From Candidatus Saccharimonadota bacterium (lineage in GTDB: Bacteria; Patescibacteriota; Saccharimonadia; Saccharimonadales; 2-12-FULL-41-12), in assembly GCA_043741255.1 (NCBI GenBank), contig JAYUAP010000094.1, positions 1 to 48,705 of the forward strand: a stretch of DNA of 48,705 nt, written 5' to 3'. The notes beneath the pieces were generated by a model. It was not told the DNA's origin and searched no databases. It was given only the letters and a program-made list of their open reading frames with translations. A program made the position numbers and the translations under genes. Shown one piece after another: positions 9,686 through 17,865 of this stretch (position 1 is the stretch's first letter; each line of letters starts with the position of its first letter).

Positions 9686-10136
9686 TCCAGAAGAGCAACT
9701 GCCTCAACTCCCTTTAGAACTTCAAAAAGAATTTGACGAAGCCATGTATGGAGTTGATTCGGGGCAAGTAATCGAATGGGGTATATCGCCTCCGATAAAT
9801 CGTCATGACCCTACGACGGAGGAACAACAGATGATTCAAAGTGTATCAAGAGGATTGAGTATTCACAGACAATCAAGATTTGAAAACGATAAACCCTTAA
9901 CTCCACTGGTGATAGTTTTTGAACTAGTTACTGCTCTTGCCGAATTTGACAGACTCAATAAAGTTCACCCAGAGCTTGCAAATACATTTTGGACTGGTGT
10001 GCGTGAAAAATATATTTATGAACATAGTATTGACGAAGAGCAATTTGCTGACTTTTTGACAAGGGCTCAAAAGAGCCAAACTGTATTAGTCCAATATGCC
10101 AGAAAATTTAACGAAAAAACATACGGCGATGAGTAA
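9678..10136 (+). CDS. hypothetical acidic protein embedded between hrcA and grpE
   Basis: 152-aa ORF. It overlaps the hrcA stop by 8 nt and shares an ATGA overlap with the grpE start, which indicates translational coupling. No recognisable motif. Confidence 0.55.
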   Translation: MNNPEEQLPQLPLELQKEFDEAMYGVDSGQVIEWGISPPINRHDPTTEEQQMIQSVSRGLSIHRQSRFENDKPLTPLVIVFELVTALAEFDRLNKVHPELANTFWTGVREKYIYEHSIDEEQFADFLTRAQKSQTVLVQYARKFNEKTYGDE

Positions 10137-10615
10137 TGTCAACTAAAAAGAAACTAACTACTACCGAACTTACCCAAAAAGTTGCTGAGCTGACAGAAGC
10201 ATTGCAACGCGAGCGCGCTGATATTATGAATGTCAGGCGTCGTCATGATGAGCAAGTCGCGAGTTTGCGAAACGTCGCAAAGGCTAGTGTCGTGCGGGAA
10301 CTTTTGCCTGCCCTAGATAATCTGGAACGGGCTCTAAAGCACGCACCTTCTGACGATTCCAAGGTCGGACCTTGGAATCAGTGGTTTGATGGGATTGTTG
10401 GATTACAAAAACAGTTCGAAAAAGCATTGAGTGACCTAGGTGTCGTAAAAATTCACACCGTTGGCGAGCCATTTGATACACAACTACATGAAGCTGTTAG
10501 CGTAGATGACGGTGACGGTAAACAAGAAATTATTAGCGAAGAACTACAGTCGGGCTACATTCTAGGTGATGAAGTCATCCGCCACGCTATGGTCAAGGTC
10601 AAAAGAGTAAAATAA
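10136..10615 (+). CDS. grpE: nucleotide exchange factor GrpE
   Basis: A coiled-coil N-terminus followed by the GrpE beta domain (LLPALDNLERAL, G.PFD...HEAV, GY.L.D.VIRHAMV). Confidence 0.93.
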   Translation: MSTKKKLTTTELTQKVAELTEALQRERADIMNVRRRHDEQVASLRNVAKASVVRELLPALDNLERALKHAPSDDSKVGPWNQWFDGIVGLQKQFEKALSDLGVVKIHTVGEPFDTQLHEAVSVDDGDGKQEIISEELQSGYILGDEVIRHAMVKVKRVK

Positions 10616-10893
10616 TGAGCGAAGCACTACCGGGAATGTCAACCTCTGAGTGGTATGGTATGGAAGCCAGTGTTTTAGGTAGATTTATACGCCAAGAATG
10701 TTTGTCCCAGACACGAGTTGAAGAACTGCACGAAGAATATCTAGATGCACTAAGGCTTTTTCAATGTTTTGACCACAAAGAAAAGTTAGAAAAAATCCAC
10801 CAAACTGAATTTCCAGAGCCGTTTAATGATGAAAAATCAACTGACTATTTAAATCGAGTAGTGAACGAAGTTGTATTAGTAGGCGAGTCGTAA
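10615..10893 (+). CDS. hypothetical protein (92 aa), coupled to grpE
   Basis: ATGA overlap with the grpE stop. Acidic, with no known motif. Confidence 0.45.
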   Translation: MSEALPGMSTSEWYGMEASVLGRFIRQECLSQTRVEELHEEYLDALRLFQCFDHKEKLEKIHQTEFPEPFNDEKSTDYLNRVVNEVVLVGES

Positions 10894-10903
10894 GGCGTAA
10901 ATT

Positions 10904-11098
10904 ATGGAAAAAGAACCCATATCTCATAATCCTGTTGGTTATGAAAACTGGACAATCGAGCAAAAAATAGCCAATACGACATACATTGGTTGCGTCCAGG
11001 AAATTTTGCCGGACGGTAGCCTTGGGGAGCCTCGGGCAATCAAGCTAAAGCCTTATAAAACCGCAGAACAGCCTGTACAACCTCCAGCTTCAGATTAA
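10904..11098 (+). CDS. hypothetical protein (64 aa)
   Basis: Short ORF directly after 10615-10893. Its end overlaps the convergent NUDIX gene by 4 nt. No motif. Confidence 0.3.
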   Translation: MEKEPISHNPVGYENWTIEQKIANTTYIGCVQEILPDGSLGEPRAIKLKPYKTAEQPVQPPASD

Positions 11099-11574
11099 TA
11101 TTCTGGTTTTGTAGCTGTCCCTTTGGGTATCTCGTTAATAATTAGCGGTTTTTTTATTTTATCTATGTTGTTTATATCCATTTCTTTCAGGATTTTAGGT
11201 AAAATGTTGGTAGTTTTTGGGTCCACGAAGCCAAAATCATGAATTTCTTTGACTCCATGGGTTGTGTCTGACAAATTTACATTCTGGTAATCTTCAGCGT
11301 TGGTAATGTGAAAAAACATCACTAGCTGTTCACGATTTTTAGAATCGACAAACTGTTGGATTAGTAGCAAATTACCAATAACTGGCTTAACACCAGTTTC
11401 TTCTATCATTTCACGGATTAGTCCACTAATCAGTGGTTCGCCAATGTCTAAGCCACCACCTGGAGTAGACCAATGTTCTAGGACCCTACCTTCGTGCGAA
11501 ATGTGTTTTACGCAAAAAAGCTTACCGTCTTTTACGATAACGCCACGGACTTTTACTTTTCTAATCATTGCCAT
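11095..11574 (-). CDS. NUDIX hydrolase
   Basis: Nudix box GGGLDIGEPLISGLIREMIEETG matches GX5EX7REUXEEXGU. Confidence 0.85.
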   Translation of the reverse strand: MAMIRKVKVRGVIVKDGKLFCVKHISHEGRVLEHWSTPGGGLDIGEPLISGLIREMIEETGVKPVIGNLLLIQQFVDSKNREQLVMFFHITNAEDYQNVNLSDTTHGVKEIHDFGFVDPKTTNILPKILKEMDINNIDKIKKPLIINEIPKGTATKPEY

Positions 11575-11596
11575 TTATATTAACACAAAATACTAA

Positions 11597-11623
11597 TTGG
11601 CACTCTTGACACACGAGTGCCAA
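11597..11623. promoter_or_regulatory. CIRCE operator upstream of dnaK
   Basis: Perfect palindrome TTGGCACTC-N9-GAGTGCCAA. The A-to-G change relative to the consensus is compensated in the other arm. A TTGACA hexamer lies in the spacer. Confidence 0.9.
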
Positions 11624-11690
11624 TTATACTAAACTAGCAGTATAAGCATATGACTGCTAAATATATCTGTTAATACGAAAGGGTAAAAAT

Positions 11691-13613
11691 ATGGGAAAGA
11701 TAATTGGAATAGATTTAGGCACTACTAACAGTGCTATGGCCGTAATGCAATCTGGCAAACCAGAAATTATTGCCAACAGCGAAGGTAACCGCACTACACC
11801 TAGTGTTGTAGCCATTAATAAAAATGGCGAAAGATTGGTTGGTCAGGTGGCTAACCGCCAACGCGTAACCAACCCAACTAACACTATTTTTGGTGTAAAA
11901 AGACTTGTTGGTCGTAAATTTACCGATAAAGAAGTCCAAAAAGACCTAGAACTAATGCCGTACAAAATAGAGAAAAAAGGCGCCGGCGTCCAAGTAGAAA
12001 TGGACGGCAAAGGCTACACTCCAGAAGAAGTGTCAGCCATGATACTGAGCAAACTTAAAGCCGACGCAGAGGCATTCTTGGGTGAACCTGTAACAGAGGC
12101 CGTAATTACCGTGCCAGCATACTTCGACGACAGCCAAAGACAAGCCACCAAAGACGCTGGCAAAATAGCAGGCCTAGAAGTAAAGCGTATTATTAACGAG
12201 CCAACAGCCGCAGCTTTAGCCTACGGACTGGATAAAGGCAAAGAAGAAAAAATCGTAGTGTTTGACCTTGGTGGAGGTACGTTTGACGTATCGATTTTGC
12301 AGTTGGGCGAAGGAGTCTTTGAAGTACTTAGCACCAACGGTGACACTCACCTAGGTGGAGAAGATTTTGATCTGCGTATAGTCAACCACTTTGTAGACGA
12401 GTTCAAAAAAGAATCTGGGATTAATATCAAAGACGACAAAGCCGCCATGCAGAGGCTCAAAGAAGAAGCCGAAAAAGCCAAAAAAGAGCTAAGTAGCACA
12501 GAAGTTGCCGACATTAATCTGCCATTCCTTACTGCTGACGCTGACGGTCCAAAGCACTTTGAGTACAAGCTAACTCGCTCTAAGCTAATTGACCTAGTAA
12601 AAGATTTAATCGAAAACACAGCTATCCCATGTGAAAAAGCTCTAAAAGATGCCAAATTATCTGCCAAAGACATCAATGAAGTAATTTTAGTAGGTGGTAT
12701 GACACGTATGCCAGCCGTGATAGAAAAAGTGAAGGGCATCTTTGGCAAAGACCCAATGCAAGGTGTAAACCCGGACGAAGTTGTAGCCGTGGGCGCAGCT
12801 ATCCAGGGTGGAGTTTTGCAGGGCGACGTAAAAGATGTACTACTTCTGGATGTGACTCCACTAAGCCTAGGTATAGAGACTATGGGTGGTATTGCGACTA
12901 AACTTATTGAGCGCAACACTACTATTCCTACATCTAAAAGTGAAACATTCTCTACCGCAGCCGACAATCAGCCACAGGTAGAAATCCATGTTGTTCAGGG
13001 TGAGCGTGACATGGTGGCCGACAACAAATCGCTCGGACGTTTCGTACTAGACGGTATCCCTTCTGCGCCACGCGGTGTACCGCAAATTGAAGTGACATTC
13101 AACTTAGACGCTAACGGAATTTTGAATGTTACTGCAAAGGACAAAGGCTCTGGCAAAGAACAAAGTATTACGATTAGTGGCAGTGGTAACTTGTCTAAAG
13201 ACGAGGTAGAAAAAGCCGCCAAAGAGGCTGAAGCTCACGCCGAGGAAGATAAGAAAAAACGTGAAGAAATAGAGCTACGCAACAATTTAGAAAACGCCAT
13301 TTACCAGGCAGAAAAAATGAAGTCTGATAATAAGGAAAAAATTTCTGAGGATGATGCAAAGACTTTGGATGAGGCCATAGAATCTGCCAAAAAAGTGCAG
13401 ACAGATGAAAAAGCTGGCAAAGACGCGTTAGAATCCGCCAGCAAAGAACTGTCAGAAAAAATCATGCCTATCGGTGCGAAGATGTATGAACAAGCGTCTA
13501 AAGACGCAGAAGATGGAAGTTCCAAGGAAGAAGATAGCGAAGAAAAAGTAGACAAGAAATCTAAAAAATCGAAAGACGAGCCAGTAGAAGGCGAAGTCGT
13601 CGACGAGAAATAG
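11691..13613 (+). CDS. dnaK: molecular chaperone DnaK (Hsp70)
   Basis: [29 protein letters not shown], and an acidic C-terminal tail. Confidence 0.98.
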   Translation: MGKIIGIDLGTTNSAMAVMQSGKPEIIANSEGNRTTPSVVAINKNGERLVGQVANRQRVTNPTNTIFGVKRLVGRKFTDKEVQKDLELMPYKIEKKGAGVQVEMDGKGYTPEEVSAMILSKLKADAEAFLGEPVTEAVITVPAYFDDSQRQATKDAGKIAGLEVKRIINEPTAAALAYGLDKGKEEKIVVFDLGGGTFDVSILQLGEGVFEVLSTNGDTHLGGEDFDLRIVNHFVDEFKKESGINIKDDKAAMQRLKEEAEKAKKELSSTEVADINLPFLTADADGPKHFEYKLTRSKLIDLVKDLIENTAIPCEKALKDAKLSAKDINEVILVGGMTRMPAVIEKVKGIFGKDPMQGVNPDEVVAVGAAIQGGVLQGDVKDVLLLDVTPLSLGIETMGGIATKLIERNTTIPTSKSETFSTAADNQPQVEIHVVQGERDMVADNKSLGRFVLDGIPSAPRGVPQIEVTFNLDANGILNVTAKDKGSGKEQSITISGSGNLSKDEVEKAAKEAEAHAEEDKKKREEIELRNNLENAIYQAEKMKSDNKEKISEDDAKTLDEAIESAKKVQTDEKAGKDALESASKELSEKIMPIGAKMYEQASKDAEDGSSKEEDSEEKVDKKSKKSKDEPVEGEVVDEK

Positions 13614-13699
13614 TTTTATCTCAGCATCACAAGAATAGGAAATTTATCATTGCTGGACTATACTTGGCGCTACAAGCATTAATTAAAACGGAGAGTTTT

Positions 13700-14020
13700 A
13701 TGAGAAATCGAAGTCCGATTGCAGTAGTTTTGCTAACCCTAGTAACCTTTGGTATTTATGGAATTTATTGGGAAGTTTCTACCAAGATTGTGATGACCAA
13801 ATTGGGCGCCGAGATACCAACTTCTTGGCTGATAATCATCCCGATTGCTAACTTGTGGTGGGCATACAAATACTGTATGGGTGTAGAGAAAGTTACGAAC
13901 GGTAAAATGTCTGGGGTAATGGCACTTGTATTAATGCTGGTGTTAGGTGTTATAGGTATGGCAATTATTCAAGACTCCTTTAACAAAATCAGCACCGAAG
14001 TAACCCAGCCTGTGGTTTAA
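13700..14020 (+). CDS. small membrane protein (DUF4234-like, hypothetical)
   Basis: I prefer the ATG at 13700, which follows GGAGAG, over the TTG at 13664 used in the track. Three hydrophobic segments. The motif TFGIYGIYW resembles DUF4234-type small membrane proteins. Confidence 0.45.
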   Translation: MRNRSPIAVVLLTLVTFGIYGIYWEVSTKIVMTKLGAEIPTSWLIIIPIANLWWAYKYCMGVEKVTNGKMSGVMALVLMLVLGVIGMAIIQDSFNKISTEVTQPVV

Positions 14021-14046
14021 TATTGGCATTAAATAGGATTGTTTTT

Positions 14047-14292
14047 ATGGTAGATTCATTTGCGATTATCGAGAGAAGTATCGAATATGGTAGAAACGAG
14101 GGGTTGTTAGCACACAATCAGATGCTTTCTAAGGGGTTACTTCATCCTGACTTTTTAGAAAGTGCTAGCCCAGAAGAGATTGCTGACATTGCAATTAGAA
14201 TAGCGGTTAGCGCCGAAGATGCTGGCCTGGTGATTGACCAGTCATTTGCTGTTAGTTCACTTCTTTCCGAGATTACCTCGGAAGCTAAATAA
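14047..14292 (+). CDS. hypothetical acidic protein (81 aa)
   Basis: The first ATG in the 14023-14292 frame. No motif. Confidence 0.35.
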   Translation: MVDSFAIIERSIEYGRNEGLLAHNQMLSKGLLHPDFLESASPEEIADIAIRIAVSAEDAGLVIDQSFAVSSLLSEITSEAK

Positions 14293-14308
14293 ATCAACAC
14301 CGCTAACA

Positions 14309-14337
14309 TTGACTAAATAGAGTTTTTGTATTATAAT
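14309..14337 (+). promoter_or_regulatory. sigma-70-type promoter (TTGACT-17-TATAAT), leaderless geometry
   Basis: TTGACT at 14309-14314, a 17-nt spacer, TATAAT at 14332-14337, then 9 nt to the ATG at 14347 with no SD. It is 33/41 identical to the promoter at 15127. Confidence 0.6.
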
Positions 14338-14346
14338 TATAAAATT

Positions 14347-14625
14347 ATGGCTGAGGAAGAGTTAGGTAGTTTTGAATTTGGTCGGACAATTGGCTATTTT
14401 AGCTACTGCGTACTAGTGGATTCCGAGAAAATAAATAAACAGGCCCAGCAACTGGCTACAATAGATCAAATAGCTGAGTTTGCTATCACTAAAGCCGTTG
14501 AAAAATGGAGTGAGGAACTACCTAATATAGACCCAGTTCTGGCAAGAGACGGCCTACTAGACTATCTAGAACAAGATACATTAAAAGATGCGCAAGATTG
14601 GATGACGGTCTTTCCCCGCGTATAA
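14347..14625 (+). CDS. hypothetical acidic protein (92 aa)
   Basis: The ATG lies 9 nt downstream of a consensus -10. The track's earlier TTG start lies inside the promoter. Confidence 0.45.
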   Translation: MAEEELGSFEFGRTIGYFSYCVLVDSEKINKQAQQLATIDQIAEFAITKAVEKWSEELPNIDPVLARDGLLDYLEQDTLKDAQDWMTVFPRV

Positions 14626-14626
14626 T

Positions 14627-15130
14627 ATGTTTATGGAAAACGACCCATCTATCCAACCAGATTGGATGAAACGTCAGCTAAAGACCGAACAGCTAAACAT
14701 TGATTTGTCTAAAATTGCAGAAAAAATCGAGGACGCACTAGTAGATGTTGAAACAATGGAAACCTTTGCCACCATACCGATTTTTAACACCTTTTCTACG
14801 AGGGTTGATAACGAAGATGCTGAAATATCGGTATCAAAGTCGGTAAAATTGTTAAATAGTCCTACTAGGCCAGAATTTTCGTATAGTGTGACTAAATGCA
14901 CTACCGATGACGAAGGTTATAGGACAATGGTTCAATATCGTTGGGGCGAAGAAAGGTCTCCGGTTGTCTCTACTAGCAAAAGGAAAACCGAGCATATATA
15001 TCTTTCATACACTATGCCGGAAGATATTCGTTTCGAGTCTCCAGTCAGAGATGAGGATTTGGCAGAGATGAGACAGCTATTAACTATTTATATGGACCTA
15101 GACGACTATGACCCCTACAGGCTTATTTGA
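14627..15130 (+). CDS. hypothetical protein (167 aa)
   Basis: Starts 1 nt after the stop of the previous gene. No motif. Confidence 0.5.
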   Translation: MFMENDPSIQPDWMKRQLKTEQLNIDLSKIAEKIEDALVDVETMETFATIPIFNTFSTRVDNEDAEISVSKSVKLLNSPTRPEFSYSVTKCTTDDEGYRTMVQYRWGEERSPVVSTSKRKTEHIYLSYTMPEDIRFESPVRDEDLAEMRQLLTIYMDLDDYDPYRLI

Positions 15131-15155
15131 CTAAATAGTAATTTTATAGTATAAT
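15127..15155 (+). promoter_or_regulatory. sigma-70-type promoter (TTGACT-17-TATAAT), twin of the one at 14309
   Basis: TTGACT at 15127-15132 overlaps the upstream stop codon. A 17-nt spacer precedes TATAAT at 15150-15155, then 9 nt to the ATG at 15165. Confidence 0.6.
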
Positions 15156-15164
15156 TGTAAGATA

Positions 15165-15638
15165 ATGTCTGTTACTGAAAGCACTATGAAACAAGGTATA
15201 GAGGCTTTGCCATTGTACCCTGTTGAGCTACTCAACAAGCCTGAAATTCATAACTATATTCCGCATTTGCCAGTTGATTTATTGAGTGTGGGAGACGTAA
15301 GTATTCCTTTGTATAATTTTGACACAAACTTTGAGCACAGGTTAGGGTTGTTAGTGGCAAAGAAAGAGTTCCAACCAGTTTATTCTATTTTGTTATTGCC
15401 AGAAAAATCAGCGCCGTTGCCGAATTCTATAGGCTATAGGCACAAAGTTGCAGAGCAAATATCTATGTTTAGGCTAGATGAATCTAAAAAAGAAAAACAT
15501 ATGGTCAAAGCCTACAACAAAGAGGGCTACGATTTATCACTTTCAGAACGTGGGTCTAAGGCAGTAGCTATACTATTAGTCGGCGCGGTTAAAAGAGCAA
15601 AACAAAGAAACGATATATTTTATTCTGAAAATAAATAA
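15165..15638 (+). CDS. hypothetical protein (157 aa)
   Basis: ORF directly downstream of the twin promoter and followed by a strong terminator. No motif. Confidence 0.5.
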   Translation: MSVTESTMKQGIEALPLYPVELLNKPEIHNYIPHLPVDLLSVGDVSIPLYNFDTNFEHRLGLLVAKKEFQPVYSILLLPEKSAPLPNSIGYRHKVAEQISMFRLDESKKEKHMVKAYNKEGYDLSLSERGSKAVAILLVGAVKRAKQRNDIFYSENK

Positions 15639-15639
15639 T

Positions 15640-15666
15640 AAAAAGGGCCGAGGTACGGCCCTTTTT
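15640..15666. terminator. bidirectional rho-independent terminator
   Basis: AAAAA-GGGCCG-AGGTA-CGGCCC-TTTTT, placed between convergent genes. Confidence 0.8.
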
Positions 15667-15689
15667 AAGTTATAAATTGTTAAATATGT

Positions 15690-16262
15690 CTATTTAATCT
15701 TTTTATCAGTAATCATCTGGCCCAGTTGGACACCAAGCAAACCACCTATTAGTGGTCCGATGATAGATGACAATGCAACATCGGCGTAACCAAAGGCAAT
15801 GGCTGGGTTAACTAACCCGCCAAATAGCACACCTAGGAACAATGAGCCACCAACGGCTACTGCTAGGCGAATACCAGATAGCTTTTGCGTAACAGCCAGT
15901 GTTAAGCCCATCAAGAATACGGCTGCGCCGATAATCTCTATGACTAAATCACGTCCGTCTAAGGCTACAAAATTCATACTAAGGCTAACATCAACATCTC
16001 TGATGTAGTCATAAACTATACGTGCTAGTAGCGCACCAAGAATCTGGACAACCCAGAACTTAATCATTGTTTCGCTTTTTATTTTATTGACACTTGCCAT
16101 ACCGGCAGATACTGCTGGGTTAACGTGCGCTCCTGATATACCTCCTATCAAAAGCACTAGTAGACCAAGTACCAGTCCAGGATTAGCTCCCATCAGAACC
16201 GCCCCTACTAGTAAAAATGTGCCCACAAATTCTGAGACAAGAATAGCTGTACTCTTACTCAT
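15690..16262 (-). CDS. MIP-family channel (aquaporin/glycerol facilitator-like), short
   Basis: Two NPA boxes (HVNPAVS and LVNPAIAF) and six hydrophobic segments in 190 aa. Confidence 0.85.
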   Translation of the reverse strand: MSKSTAILVSEFVGTFLLVGAVLMGANPGLVLGLLVLLIGGISGAHVNPAVSAGMASVNKIKSETMIKFWVVQILGALLARIVYDYIRDVDVSLSMNFVALDGRDLVIEIIGAAVFLMGLTLAVTQKLSGIRLAVAVGGSLFLGVLFGGLVNPAIAFGYADVALSSIIGPLIGGLLGVQLGQMITDKKIK

Positions 16263-16508
16263 CGATTTTCTCCTTATGGTTATTTATTTAACCCGTTGTT
16301 ATGTAAATGTCCGGTTCCAAAATTGCCGAATTTTAGCCTAAAATAAAAACAAACTGCTTAGCACTGTAACTTTGGTTACACTTTGTCGCAGTTTGTTTTT
16401 TTTGGATAAAATCCATCTCTTTTTGGCCTCGGGCTTTACATAACAAAAAGGTTATATCTAAATTTAACCACATTAATTTTTTAATGCAAATTAATTTGTA
16501 GTTTTGGT

Positions 16509-16535
16509 CTAGCACTCTAGGTCGTCAAGTGCTAA
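16509..16535. promoter_or_regulatory. CIRCE operator upstream of dnaJ
   Basis: CTAGCACTC-N9-AAGTGCTAA, with one mismatch per arm against the consensus. It ends 10 nt before the dnaJ ATG region. A possible -10 TAAAAT at 16533-16538 overlaps the right arm. Confidence 0.8.
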
Positions 16536-16545
16536 AATAACAGTA

Positions 16546-17640
16546 ATGAGCAAGCGTGATTATTATGAAATTTTAGGTGTGAGCAAGGATGCTTCAGATG
16601 ATGAAATCAAGAAAGCATTTAGGCGTAAAGCCGTAGAGCATCACCCAGACAAAACCGGCGGTGACGACAAAGATTTTAAAGAGATTAATGAAGCTTATGA
16701 AGTCCTAAAAGACGCGTCAAAGCGTCAGCGTTATGACCAATTTGGTCATGCTGGTGTTGGTACTAGCGCATCTAGCGATGGCAGTAACCCGTTTGCTGGT
16801 TTTGGTGGTGGATTTAACGGCCAGGACATACATTTTGATTTTGGTGATATTTTAGGCAGTTTCTTTGGTGGTGGACAAACCCGCGGTGGCCGTCAGGCAC
16901 GTGGTAACGATGTAGAAACAGCTATAGAAATTAGCTTTGAACAAGCAATTTTTGGTGTGGAAGAAGAGATTAAACTAAATCTTGAAGACATCTGTAGCCA
17001 CTGCAAGGGTACAACGGCCGAGCCTGGCTACGAATTAAAAACCTGTGAAACTTGCAGGGGCAGTGGCCAAGTAATCCAGGAAGTCCGGACAATCTTTGGC
17101 AATATCCAGCAATCTGCGCCGTGCAAAACCTGTAAAGCTACCGGTAAAGTGCCAGAACAAGTTTGTAGTGTCTGCCGTGGCTCTGGAACAGAGAGAAAAA
17201 CTCAAAAAATCAAACTCAAAATACCGGCCGGTATAGATGACGGTGCGGTTATTAGGTTGAGCCAACGTGGAGAGGCCATAGCTAACGGACCAAAAGGTGA
17301 CTTGTACGTGCATATACGAGTAAAACCACATAAAAAGTTCACTCGTGAGGGCTTGCTAGTACTCAGTAATGAGCATGTAGACATGGTGTCGGCCACTCTT
17401 GGCACAGAAATAGAAGTCGAAACGGTAGATGGTCCAATCACTATGAAAATCCCAGCCGGCACACAAAGTGGCACCGACTTTAAACTATCTGGTCACGGTG
17501 TAACAAAGCTAAAGTCAGAAAATCGAGGTGCACACATTGTCACTATCATTGTCGATACTCCGACCAAGCTATCAAAACCCCAAAAAGAACTACTAGAAAA
17601 TTTTCATGATAGTACCAAAAAAGGCTTTTTCGGACTTTAG
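16546..17640 (+). CDS. dnaJ: molecular chaperone DnaJ
   Basis: J domain with HPD, a G/F-rich linker, and four CxxCxGxG zinc-finger repeats. Confidence 0.97.
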   Translation: MSKRDYYEILGVSKDASDDEIKKAFRRKAVEHHPDKTGGDDKDFKEINEAYEVLKDASKRQRYDQFGHAGVGTSASSDGSNPFAGFGGGFNGQDIHFDFGDILGSFFGGGQTRGGRQARGNDVETAIEISFEQAIFGVEEEIKLNLEDICSHCKGTTAEPGYELKTCETCRGSGQVIQEVRTIFGNIQQSAPCKTCKATGKVPEQVCSVCRGSGTERKTQKIKLKIPAGIDDGAVIRLSQRGEAIANGPKGDLYVHIRVKPHKKFTREGLLVLSNEHVDMVSATLGTEIEVETVDGPITMKIPAGTQSGTDFKLSGHGVTKLKSENRGAHIVTIIVDTPTKLSKPQKELLENFHDSTKKGFFGL

Positions 17641-17688
17641 TATCATTTTTAAGGTTAATTTTTTGTTAATTTGTGGGATAATACGCTT

Positions 17689-17802
17689 ATGAATAAACGG
17701 CCAAATGAACACGGCTTTATTACGATGATTGTTGTGATGATTATAGTCATCGGCGCTGTCGTGGCCTTCGCTTACCTAAGGGTTAGAGCCAAAAACGGCT
17801 AA
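17689..17802 (+). CDS. possible small single-pass membrane protein (37 aa)
   Basis: Not in the track. Sequence MNKRPNEHGFITMIVVMIIVIGAVVAFAYLRVRAKNG. A -10-like GATAAT lies 6 nt upstream of the ATG. Speculative. Confidence 0.3.
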   Translation: MNKRPNEHGFITMIVVMIIVIGAVVAFAYLRVRAKNG

Positions 17803-17827
17803 AACCAAAAACATAACCATTTCACTC

Positions 17828-17856
17828 TTGTCAAATTAGTTAATTGATGCTATAAT
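17828..17856 (+). promoter_or_regulatory. sigma-70-type promoter (TTGTCA-17-TATAAT)
   Basis: TTGTCA at 17828-17833, a 17-nt spacer, and TATAAT at 17851-17856. The track's ATG at 17857 abuts the -10, so the ATG at 17866 (9 nt downstream) is the likelier start. Confidence 0.55.
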
Positions 17857-17865
17857 ATGCAGGTA

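Noticed and set aside
12347-12967. 206-aa minus-strand ORF inside dnaK (also 11715-11939, 12995-13222 and 13301-13555).
   Set aside because: These are antisense shadow ORFs of dnaK, serine/alanine-rich, with no independent signals.
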